The notes beneath the pieces were generated by a model. It saw only the letters and a list, made by a program, of their open reading frames with translations, had not been told where the DNA came from and searched no databases. This document shows, in pieces, positions 10,374 through 23,300 of a DNA stretch of 64,000 nt (positions are counted from its first letter, which is position 1; the number at the start of each line of letters is the position of its first letter). This DNA is from Obrimoposthia wandeli (Eukaryota). The position numbers were made by a program, and so were the translations under genes. The stretch covers positions 62,001-126,000 of the forward strand of contig CDROCS010000004.1 in assembly GCA_977020255.1 (NCBI GenBank), given 5' to 3'.

Positions 10374-10412
10374 CTCACCCTCTCCCTCCCCTCCCCCTCC
10401 CCGCCTCCTCCT

Positions 10413-10541
10413 CCCTAAAGGGTGTCACACCATAAGGATGTCTTGCCACACCATACGGGTATATGTTGCCTCACCGGAGGTGAGGCAACATATACCCGTA
10501 TGGTGTGGCAAGACATCCTTATGGTGTGACACCCTTTAGGG
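10413..10541. repeat. Perfect palindrome, 63-bp arms with 3-nt loop (GGA)
   Basis: 10413-10475 is the exact reverse complement of 10479-10541, checked base by base. Confidence 0.97.
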
Positions 10542-11307
10542 GGGGTCAAGTGGTCTAGACTCCATCCTTCTACCTACTTGTTTACGTGAAATAAATATAT
10601 TGGAAAATCTTCTTTGAATACCTTTAAATAAATTTTGAATAATATATTTTAAATTTGTATTTATTTGCAAAATTACCTCGTGTATTCTTTTTTCTAAAAT
10701 TTTTCCATCAACATAATCTGACATTAATTACAAAACATTCTCTATGATATTAACCCATTACTTCGGGGTTTAATTTTTTCAAAAGTTCTTCAAAATTTTG
10801 CATATTATAGCTATTTGTGGATACCCTTAAATATACTAAACACAAAATTATTATATTTACACTATTCAGCATAAAATTAATAATACTATATCGAAAGAGT
10901 AAATTGAAAATGAGTTCTTGAAAGCTACTGATGAATCGAGAGTTATTGTATCTCTAGCTTGTGAGTTCTTAAAGGTATTGGACTTGTGTGAATGTGACTG
11001 TATGCTGCTGCTATTTATATGTGGATCCGTTTTTATTGTTCTCTCTTTCTGCCACGTTGCATCAAGTTTCTCAACACTGTCACAGTAAAAATGGTGATGA
11101 CTTTTACAGTTATCAAGGTCACCTGATGTTAATTAACTCACTTATTGAAAAAATTAAACAACCTTTTTTCGTATTTATTATTTCCCCTAATTTAATTTCA
11201 ATTTATTGACAATTATACTATTTAAAATTAATTGAATTAGTTGTGGTACAACAAGTGTACAATAATCACATAAATTTATGTTACATTAAACCATCTTTAA
11301 TCTGCAG

Positions 11308-14300
11308 ACGTGCAAGTGGACACAAAAACTTACCCAGAGATCGAGGCGGCCATCGATCGGCAGATAGGGGAACATTCGCTCATCAACCACGATGCCTGGC
11401 GCAAGAAGTTGATTCAGTTGTATGAGACCCAGCGTGTCCGGCACGGTATGATGACGCTGGGTCCATCTGGAGCCGGCAAGACCAAGTGCATCAGCGTCTT
11501 GATGAAAGCCATGACGGACTGTGGCGAGCCGCACAAGGAGATGCGCATGAATCCCAAGGCCATCACTGCACCACAGATGTTCGGTCGACTGGACGTTGCC
11601 ACAAACGACTGGACTGACGGTAAGTGATGGCTATATCATCAAGATTGATTTATGAAACCTTTTACTACTCATTACAGTCAATACCACATTTTAGGTATTT
11701 TCTCGACACTGTGGCGACGTACCCACAAAGGGAAGAAGGGCGACCACATCTGGCTGGTGCTGGACGGTCCTGTGGATGCCATTTGGATTGAGAACCTCAA
11801 CTCTGTATTGGATGACAACAAAACACTGACTCTGGCCAATGGAGATCGAATCACGATGGCACCAAACACAAAGATCATATTCGAGGTGCATAACATTGAC
11901 AATGCCAGTCCAGCGACCGTCTCCCGAAACGGCATGGTCTACATGAGCAGCTCCATTCTTGACTGGCAACCGATATTGAAGAGCTGGCTACTCAAGTACA
12001 CCCAGGGTTCCGTGTCCAGCACCATCTTTGAAACCTTCAATCTGATATTCACCGATACCTATCGATATGTCACTCGCGACCTTTTCCCCAAGATAGAAAC
12101 CCTAGAATGCAACTACATCAGACAGGCCATTGATCTTCTAGAAGGATTGCTACAAGGTTAATGTTCTGTTCTGTTTACTGGACATTTTAGAAATTTAATA
12201 ATTTGTAGCATAAATTCCTAATACCTGAAATTAACATTTGTATTCTTCAGGCATGGATGAGAAGGACATCAAGACTAATCATCTGGAGAAGTTGATTGTA
12301 TTTTCGATCATGTGGTCAGTTGGTGCTCTTCTAGAACTGGAAGATCGTCTGAAGCTACAGGAGTTCTTGCAGCAAAAGAACTGCATACCGCTTCCGAAGC
12401 TGACAAACGACAACACAATATTCGAGTACGTTGTTAACAAAGAAGGCGAATGGGAACATTGGGACAACAGGATCTCTGAGTACAACTATCCGACAGATCA
12501 TATCCCCGAGTATATAAGCATCCTTGTCCCGAATGTCGACAACACGCGGACTGATTTCCTCATCGATACCATCTCAAAGCAAGGAAAAGCAGTACTGTTG
12601 ATCGGTGAACAGGCAAGTGCACACACCATCAAACATGGCAAAGCTCAGTGAACTCTATAAGAATTTCAATAATCTCCTTGTCATTGCAGGGCACAGCCAA
12701 GACAGTGATCGTGAAAGGCTACTGTGGCAAGTACAATCCCGAGGACCACATGTTCAAGTCGTTGAACTTTTCCAGTGCTACAACTCCCAACATGTTCCAG
12801 CGCACTGTGGAGAGCTACGTCGACAAGCGGATGGGCTCCACATTTGGTCCTCCGACTGGTAAGAAGATGACCATATTCCTGGACGACATCAATATGCCCG
12901 TCATCAACGAGTGGGGAGATCAGGTGAGCTACTTACAATCAAAAATAACAAATTTACATTCAAAATGAAATGTTATTGTTCTTATATTGTAAATTACGAT
13001 AATTATTCCTTTAATTGCATTCAGTCAGATTATATATTTGGGAGGATATGTTGACAGAGTTTTTGACTCACATGCAGATCACCAATGAAATCGTGCGTCA
13101 AATGATGGAAATGTCCGGCTTCTACAGTCTCGAGAAACCGGGTGACTTCACTAGCATCGTTGATATCCAGATCATGGGGGCCATGATCCACCCGGGCGGT
13201 GGGCGCAATGACATTCCACAGCGACTAAAGCGCCAGTTCAGCATCTTCAACTGCACTCTGCCCAGCAACACAAGCATTGACAGGATCTTCTCCATTCTGT
13301 GCATCGGATACTTCTGTCCTGAACGCGGTTTCAGTAAGGAGGTTCTGGCCACTGTCAAGATCCTGGTCGGTTGCACTCGCAAGCTCTGGCAGAAGACCAA
13401 GGTAGGTCTCTTCTTTTCTTGAATTGAAATATTGATTGATTGATTGATTGAAATATTGATTGTTTTATTGTTTTATTGAAATATTGATTGATTGATTGGT
13501 TGGTTGGTTGAGAGCGTGCTGTTTTTCTCAAAAAACGAATTTACCAATTTGAAAGTATTGTCATTTTTTAAAAGTTTCAAACTTTAAGTGCTTACCTAGT
13601 TATTAGTGTTTCCAATACCGGTATTTTTAAAACCTTGATCCCGATATTACCGGTGAAAATGCAATATACAAATACAGGTTTAGCAACACAAAATAAAACG
13701 TAATCTGGTACTGAATTTTACCGATATATGTTTTAAATTTTTGATATTTTTCTACATAACTTTCATAAAATTTTAAATATATATGTATCTTTTATGAGAA
13801 ACAACTGGACAATATCAATCTTAATGTGATGAATGCTTTGATAATTTTAATGTATTTAGCTCTCTAAAAACATTATTAAAAATATATATAAATCGAACTA
13901 TTAAATTTGTACATTGATATATTGTTTAATACCTATGTTTCTTAGTGTTGTATAAATTTATGTATTTAAATGTTTTATTTAATATTTATTGACATTTTTA
14001 AATTTGAGAATGAATCTTCTTAATGTTGTCACTTTCTCGTTAAGTAAAGTAAAGAAGTATAAACTCTAAAAAATGATATGGCATTACCTGTTGTTTTATA
14101 AATCTGTTAAAGTTTATCAATGTGAATAGTGACAAACAAGTATATGTCGCCACATACAGGTAAAAATGCTGCCCACACCGGCCAAGTTCCACTACGTGTT
14201 CAACTTGCGCGACCTCAGTCGCATCTGGCAGGGCATGCTTAACTGCACCAGTGACATCGTAAACACCCCTGGCAAGGCTATGTCGCTGTGGAAGCACGAG

Positions 14301-17300
14301 TGCATGCGCGTTATCACGGACCGATTCGTTGAACAGACAGACACCAACTGGTTCGACAAGATGCTCAAGGTCATAGGTAAGTCATCCGATTAGAAAATCG
14401 GACGGATTTTGAGCAGTTTCAGATAGATTAATTTAATTAATATGTGATAACTTTTACAACTAAACATATAATTATGACTTAAATTTGAATCAAATAATGA
14501 TTTATAAAACATTAATATTTAAATATTTTGATAAATTAATTTATTAATGAAATTACAATCAGATATAACGTGAAATATGATCAAAAGGAAATCAGAGGGC
14601 CAACAATTAAGAGAGCTTTAAACCATTTATGTGATTAGTTTAAACTTACCGACGATGATGATGTATATTACTGAGACTAAAACTACCCTGTTCTGGTCGG
14701 TGAGAGCCGGTCCAGGTAAGAGTGAGAATTTAGTCTAACTATATGTCTCGAAATTTTGATCTAGTTTAAGGGTTCTTATAGAGTACCCAAGTAATCATGG
14801 CGGTCTTTGAATTTTTTTGCAAAATTAAATTTTCAATAGCTATCATTATTAATGGATTACAAGAAACCCCTAGTATGTGTACGTGTATGTTAGTATTAGT
14901 ATAATTTCGTACGAATGCATGTGGAATTGCATGTGCTTCGGAAATTAATATTTTAAAATATTCTGGATCAATTTGTTGAAAGATCAGCAAGAAAAAGAAA
15001 ACAGGTTTAAGTAGCTATATATATATATATGTACAGTATCGGTATTTCAGTATTATTTTGTTTCATGCTAATTAAATTAATTATTTGTTACTACTTTAAT
15101 TACTTAATTTGTAATGTTAATGTAATAAATTGTACGAAATAAAAGCGTGCAATTCGCTGTGAAATGTCGAGGGGCCAAAAGAAACTCGAAGCTTAGGAGT
15201 CTTGTCATATGCTAGTGCTGCAATTTCGTACGCGTCTCAACCTACAAGTCAAGTTTTGGAACAAGTGATCAGGGAGACACTTTTTATTTGCCAACATGAA
15301 TTTTTGTGATACGAGAAATTTCCAGTAAAATGACGAATTGCGTGATCTGATCGAATTTAATTTTGTTGTCTTAACAAAATTGTATATTAGCAAAGCAAAT
15401 TTAGCAAACTGTTGGGCAAATCGTCACTACATTCAACCTGGTAGATATTTAGATATATAGTCATTTCGATTCAAGAATTAAATGACAAACGTCCAGAATA
15501 TGCCAGAGATGACAGAGTGATTGTTCATTGTAAATTGCCAAACATAACCAAGAAATATTGTATCTTCTTCGATAGGATGTGCTATTATCCAGATAATGTT
15601 CCCATTAATTCCTTTTTTCTATCAATGTACTCATTCGTTTCAGATCAACACTTCAATTTTTTATGATGGCTTTAAGGTTGAACAGCTTTAAAATAACGGC
15701 TTTTTGTATCTGAAAATCAATTAATTTTTTAAAAATGAGAAAATATCTGATCCAGAGATGAAAAATATTTGTTGAATAAAATTTTGTTGATTTATTTTAT
15801 TATTAATATTATAGTTTATTTTAAAACAGCAGAAACTTATTCTAGTATCAAAATTATTTCAATGATATTTTAAAAGTTCAAAAGTAGACTCAGGGATATT
15901 TCTAATTATTCTAATATAAAGAATTTAAACAGGAAAGTAAAATTGAATTAATTGAATATATTAAAGAATAAAAAATAAATAAACATATTTTTGAAAAACA
16001 GTGTTGACCATGTTAATTATATACCTTTTATAAATTAATTGATTACTTTATTTTATATTAGTTAATTTATCGACAGTTGATGACATTTTCAAAATTCATT
16101 GCAGGCGAAGAGGACTGTGGTGAGGCTGCAGTAGCTGAAATGGAGGAGGAGCCCTACTTCATAGATTTCTTGCGCGACGCTCCAGAGCCCACTGGAGAAG
16201 AGGCAGAAGATGCAGACATGGAGGCGCCTAAGATTTATGAGCCAATTGAGTCCTACGAGCAGTTGGCTGAGCGACTGATGGTGATGATGTCACTCTACAA
16301 CGAGTCCATTCGCGGTAGCAAGCTGGACTTGGTGTTCTTCAAGGACGCGATGACGCACTTGGTGAAGATAAGCCGCGTCATTCGGACAACGAAGGGTCAC
16401 TCTCTGCTGGTGGGCGTAGGCGGCTCCGGCAAGCAGTCACTCACACGCTTGGCTTCCTTCATTGCCGGCTACGAGACCTTCCAGATTGTGCTCACCAGGT
16501 AAGCTCACCGTAACAGTCACCGAGCTAAGAAGAGCTTCCTTGAAGAAGATGATTTATGTAGCAAGAGTAATTTTGATTTCATTAATTGTTTTGATGATGT
16601 TTCGATGGATTTTAGCTTTAAAATTGTTAACATTTAGCTTCCTATGCAAATTAGCAATCGAACTGTTAACTGAGGAAAATATCAAAAGTGTCTCAAGATT
16701 ATTCGGTTAAATAATTCACGTCATATTTTGAGCCCATATTCACATTTAATGACATTTTCAAAACTAAAATGCACTTAACCTCGGATTCAGTACACCATAA
16801 AATAGAAAACACCATAACAGGGCTACATAACAGTTACAATATAAAAATTAAAGTATTTGAAATTAAAACAAAATAACATTCATGATAAAAATATTTTTTA
16901 ATAAAATATAAATAAAAATGTATAATATCATTCGCACATATTTAGTTGTGACAAATACACAACTACAAGATTACATATCAATATCCAATCAAACTATTTA
17001 TCTTCCAATAATAAACGTTCTCAACCCAGTAATCAATCGAAAATTAAACACCTTTGACAAATGTCGAATGTATTTGTCATTCAAATCATATTTACCACTG
17101 CTCGCAACTACGTCATTCGTACATTTTAGTTATGGTAATGGTAAAGAGTGAGATTGGATATTGATATGTCATGGTGTAGCTGTGCGGTTTCCATAACTAA
17201 AAACGAATGAGTGATATTACAAATTTATATTTCTATTCTATTAAAAATATCGTATAATGCATGTGATTTGTGTCTTTTTTGTAAATTTATTGGGAGAGCA

Positions 17301-20300
17301 CGCTTTGAGATATTATTGTTCTTATTCGTAATACTTTCAAATTTATTTTGTAACAGTTAGGTATTCCTGTTTTTGCCAAACAAAGAGATGGTGTTTTCAA
17401 TTTTTCTCAAGTAAACTGAATATCGGGTATTTATTGTTTGGGTTTGAATGTGTAAATGAATTAAAAAATAAATGTTACTCCTTACAATCTTTATATTGTA
17501 TGGGAGGATATTTTTTATTTGAAAGTATTAGTTTGTTTTCCTTTGAAACTTTGTGTGGAACTTAAGATTATTCGAAATTAATTTAACACCGTTATTTATC
17601 ATTGCAGTAGCAGTGACGGGTAAAGGATTTTATTTCATCACCTGTTTCACAGTTCACATATTTTCATGATTTTTTATTAAAATTATCTACATAAAAATCT
17701 CTCTTCACAATCAAAATTTTGGTGAAAAATGTTTAACATATTAATATTATTGGGACGCTGTAAAAGGAAATTGCCGTTTGTATACATTACGCCGTCCACG
17801 GAGCCTAGAAAGAGAAGAAGGCGAAATATATATGTTATATAGTATTATCATTATTTAAATGTTAGTTGGTGGAAAAGTTTATTTATTAAGGGAGAGCACA
17901 GGCAGATTTAAAATGACATTTGTATTTCATTGACTTCCAATTAGTATTTTAAACTGGATTAATACACTTAGAAATTAATTATTGTTGTTAATTTTATCAT
18001 TAGTAAGTAGGTGGATGTGTCCGGTCTAATCCACACCCCCTCCACCCCCCTGTCCTTTAAAACCGAGCATGTGTGTGGAGTGAAATTTCGTGTAGGTGTG
18101 TGGAGTGAAATTTCGTATATGTGTGTCTCCATCCCGCCCAAAGGGGGAAGGAAGGGGGGGGGGGTACCCCCCACCATATTTGTTAAACTTTTACCATGAA
18201 TCTCAAAAGTGGTTAGAGAAGACCACGAGAATCCATATTGACCCCGGCGACTTTTCGCAGACGAGATTTCAAATATTACTACTATTTTTAAGAAAGATTT
18301 TAGATTAATAAATTACTACATGTTAAATATCTATGTCAGTTTTAGAATTTAGAGGAGAAAAATCGGTCAGATCTATATAATTTAGAGGAGCAAAAACAAA
18401 ATACGAGACAAAATTATTTTTCAAAATATTTATTAAACATAAAACAACATATTGGCTTCACTCAAAGTCCAGAGAGGCTGCATTTTCCCGTCATTAGCAA
18501 AATATCCATTCAGACGTATTGAGATATTCCATAGTTCTTCATCTAGAATTGGAGCAATCAAATATCCCAGATCATCTTTAAAATCCAGACTGGGATCAGT
18601 TTCAAGCTCGAAACAATTTCCTTCATATACATAATCAGAAATGTAAAAGCCCAAAATATTTTTCAGTTGATCAAAATCAGTTGTTGTTAAAATTTCGATG
18701 AGATATTTTTTCTCCACTTTTGATATTTTCACAGGATTCATAATTCGTATAATTTGATGCCTCTTTAATATATTACATAGTTTTCCTTTTGAAATTCTTT
18801 CTGGATAATAAAAATTTGCTACACATCTCATATCCATTCTAAAATAAGGAAACTGATTAAAAACAATGTTTATAAAAAAATACACATAAGATACAAATAA
18901 GATACAAATAAAACTGATTATTAAATGAAAGAAACATAGTAAAACCGATTACAATTTATTACACACAAAAGTTAAAACATAGAAATATGAGCACGTTCAA
19001 TTTTCCACATAGGCAACTTTGTCCCCATTTCATCTTTCTTGTAACCATAAAGTCGAATTGTTAGAGTCCATTGCTTCTTTTTCGGAAACGCATCAATATC
19101 AACATATCTTCCATAGTCATCTAGAAATGCTTCATCGGCTCCTCGGATATAAAATTCGTTCTTATTGAAAGTAAAATTTGGAACTGCCTTTTCTATTTTC
19201 TGTTTAAGATATTGAAAATCAGGTTTTTGAATACCTGATAGATAGTAGCTGAACTTTCTTCTTTCAATTGTCACAGGATTTACTAAAGCAATCAGTTTAG
19301 CCTTCTTCAAGAATCTGACTTTGTATTTGAAATATTGTTTCACTTCTTCATACATATCCTTATCCGATTCTTCAAACATTTCTTCGTCATCGCTTAATAC
19401 CCGTTGGCTATCGTCCATCGTTGATAATTGTCTTTGATATGAATGCATTTACTGTGATTTGTCCTCCAATGGCGCATTCTTTTATACTAATTTCTAACAA
19501 AGACAAGAATCTCATTGGTTAATATAACTAAAGCATTGAATTTGATTGGACTAAATCTATATTAAAAATCAAAATTTATTGGAAGAAATATATCATCCAA
19601 TTATAATAGGTTTGCAAGATAATTACAAGAAACGTGCAATAAAAAGCAGGTTCAGACATATATAAAGAAGATTTTACAGAATACAATTTCAGTCTAATGA
19701 AACTCGTAAATATAAATTATAAAGGTAGAACAGAAGATGATGTTTCGTACTTACCATTCAATGAATGGAAGCCGAGACAATATGTAGAAAAGTTTGACAA
19801 TTTCACAGTTGTTATGTTTCCTACAGGTTAGTTTTTTATTTTATTTTCATATTGAATTCTTTAGGAAATTGTCGTGTTATGGGATGCAAAATACCAATGC
19901 TTGGGTTCAATTTACCATTTGGAATTCAAATCACTGCAATACAATCAATCACGATTTCGGCTAATCTCGGGAAACAGATAAATATTTTTAAAACTGCAGA
20001 GAAAATGAAAGAAGAATGCATGTTTGAACCAGAAATTTTTCCTGCTCTCAGTTATTTGAAGTTTAAACCGCTATGTGTAAATATATTTTCCAGTGGTAAA
20101 GTTATGATATTGGGATTGAAAAATTTTGATTATCCAGACATAGTTGATTTGATTTTAGAAAATATATCTTATTACATCTTGTTATCTTTTCTATAAACAA
20201 ACCCGTTTAAACTTATTGTTTTGAATGAATAATACTATAAATAGAGACAATGAAGTGGATCGGCTTGCCGATGAAATTTTTTCTGGAAAAATTAGGGTTA

Positions 20301-23300
20301 AAGAAATTTTATCAGAATTAAAAAATAATGATATAACAAGAGATAACATTGAAATATTGGTTAGATCTCACGTTATTCGAGAATTTAGAAATCGTACACA
20401 AATAAATAAAATTATAGCCAAATATTCATTAATTAATTTTTGTATTTCATCTACAATAGCTCTAACATTGTACATTTCAATAAGGAAACTTCTATGATAA
20501 TATAAACAATATTAAAAATGAAAGAGTATATGCAATGGAGCTAAATAATAATGCTGTATTTCAAATAGTTGGCCCAAGTGGAAGTGGAAAGACACATTTC
20601 GTCTGTAAATTGTTGCAAAATGAATCTCTTTTCAAATCTAGTTTCAAAAATATTTATTGGCATCATGGTGGAGGAGGGGAAAGCGGGTTAACCAAAACAG
20701 AAGTTTGCAAGTTGAAGGGTATAAAATTTATTGAAGGATTTGATGCAAATTGGTGTGAAAGATTGAAAAAAGAAGATGTAATAATAATTGATGATTTGTA
20801 TGAGGAGGCTAACAAGGAATCGGACTTTAATAATTTATTTACAAAGATTGCAAGACATCGTGAAGTAACAGTTATATTTATCACTCAAAATCTGTTTCAC
20901 CAAGGAGGTCACCATAGAACAAGAAATCTTAATGTACATTACTTAGTTTTATTTAAAAATCCTAGATATCAAACAGTTGTTGATTTTGTGGCCAGACAGG
21001 CATTTTAGAATGTAGGAATGTTAGTTTAAATAATCAATTATTACCAGCAATGTTTAGGGACAACTTACTAGATACCCATAAATATCCCGCTAACCATCCT
21101 CTACACTCTATGAGTTTAAAGGACATTATCGGGAAATTTAAGGATGAAAGCGAGGGACAGGTTTCGTATGATGATTGTATTTTCCTACGCCCTAAATGCT
21201 ACAGTTTACAATGTAAACTTTACATGCATCTAATAATACATGTTCAATGAGAGCAAAGGGTGTGGGAAGAAACAATCTTACACATGAGGCCTACCGGAAA
21301 GTTTATGATACTGGGTGTATTGAAAACGTTGAGCAAAGTAGATTTATTTCAAGAGCCCATCAACTGTATTCCCATAAATCAACCAAAATCGCTTTGAGTA
21401 GTAATGACGACAAGCGCTTTTGGGTAGAAAAGAACGCTAGCCTGGCTTATGGACACTTCAGAATTTAAACGGTTTTCATTTTTTGATTTTTTTAGTTTAG
21501 TTTTTTAAAATTTTAGATCCCTATGGCACCTAGACTCTAACTTATTTGTTATTTCAATACGTTTTTTTAGGATGGACCTTATCTTTGCTGACATATCTCA
21601 TTGTGATGTTGTGATTAATAAATGTATTAAAAACAATTGTCTTATGTCTTTTATTATTTTACCCTTATATTTTTAGAGATTTAAAAAATAATTCAAAATA
21701 AAACATTTAAATTTTTTATTTTTATAACACACTAATTGTTTTGCAACGATAACCATTAAATACATAAATGTCCACAGTTTCTCGTCGCAGGATCCTGATA
21801 TTGTATCTTGTTGTAAAATACTCTTCTTCGTCCTTTTTGAATAGTTGAAACAAGTTTGTGTGGATAATACATTGCAAGTGGATCAAATACATGTATTGTT
21901 CACTCTCTAACATAAATAGCTATCCAATGTTCTCCTGGTAAATTCGAAGTATGAGTATTGATAATGTAACCTCCAGATTGAAAAAATGGAATCATATCAA
22001 TAGGATAAACTCCATTGAATTTATCACCCAGGACCTTCTCTGCTGATTCTTTTACTTGTTTTGAACTAAATAAAAATTAATAAATATAAATTTAAAATAT
22101 GTCTTACTCCATTCTATAATATGACAGTTCTGTTTTTATTGATTTGTATTTCCGAATCAAATACTCCGTAAATAAGCACCGTAGTAGGATGTGTTAAAGC
22201 TGCATTGAACTTAATTTCTAGTCGTAAATTTTCATCCTTTGGTAGTTGGCATTGGTTTATATCAAAGTCTGGTGCCAAAACGAATGTGAAGAACGGGCAG
22301 CTACTTTTAAACTCAGTGAAAGAAATACCATTGTTTATATTTTTATCTAGTTGACCCAAATTTCCGAATAATAGATTGGGTATAAGCCAAAGCATAAGCG
22401 TTACCTTCGAAATCTGTTTTATATGTTTCACGATAATCAGTATTTCTTGAAAGTGTCACTGAACCTACACTAAGATTGTCAAATTGAGTTGCATCTGTCG
22501 TATAATTTCCTAGAAACTTTGCAGTTTTTTGAAAAGAAATTAAAATGAATTTCGGTAATCTTACATCACCAAAAATTTGATCCTTATTAAAAGCTTGTGT
22601 ACTCGTACCTAAAGAATAAGATATAAGTTTAGTTTCTCTAATAGGATAACAAGCATTGTTTTTTTCCATTCCTATATTATGTGCCATTAAAACTGATTGC
22701 TCGGTTATAACTCTTCGAACATACAATTTTGCATTCAAAATATCAAGTCTAGGTTTTAGAATGTTCGTGCTTATCAAAGAAAAATTCCATTTATTACGTT
22801 TCAAACGAAAATGTACATTAACACCGGGAATTAAATATTTCGGTTGTTCAAAGAAATTCAATCTCAAAGACCCACACATTTCGTAAGCTTTAGAACCTGC
22901 AATCCATTCTTTGCGAGTTGCAACAGTTTTACCATAACCAATGGTTGCCAAATTAGTATTTTGAGTATCAGTACTATAATTCAAAAGACTTTCAATCAAA
23001 GCTTTATGAGCATAGAAAGAATTTCCACCTTCAATTTTGACATTATTAAGAGTAACAATTTCATCATTAAATAAAGAATTAAAGAGATAATTTACAGGTG
23101 TTACATCTGCATTTTCATCTAAATTAGTACCATCCCGATTTAATACTTTTATTTGAACATAAAGCAAAGTATCATTCAAATCTAAATACTCGCTATTGGA
23201 ACCATTAATATTAAATTCTAAATCGGTTAAAGTGGTTCCTGAAACTGAGTTAACTAGGAATATTTCTTCAAAGGAAGCATTATCTACAACTACTTGTGGA

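Larger units (their letters stand above)
1..10578. mobile_element. Polinton/Maverick (adintovirus-like) element 1, left end beyond window
   Basis: Full Polinton core gene set (pPolB, A32/FtsK ATPase, RVE integrase, minor and major capsid, adenain). Ends in ...CCTTCTACCTACT at 10578 (5'-AGTAGGT on the minus strand), the same terminal heptamer as element 2. The left TIR and TSD cannot be checked. Confidence 0.93.
18006..21631 (+). repeat. Left inverted arm (about 3.63 kb) of element 2
   Basis: Reverse complement of 25596-29214; mirrored ORFs are near-identical, with roughly 15-20 small differences seen by eye. Confidence 0.96.

Noticed and set aside
10536-10724. 62-aa minus-strand ORF crossing the element-1 end
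   Set aside because: Spans the element/host junction and has no homology cues.
13420-13510. ATTG/GTTG microsatellite (also GTTAATATA repeats near 63320)
   Set aside because: Ordinary low-complexity intronic or intergenic repeats.
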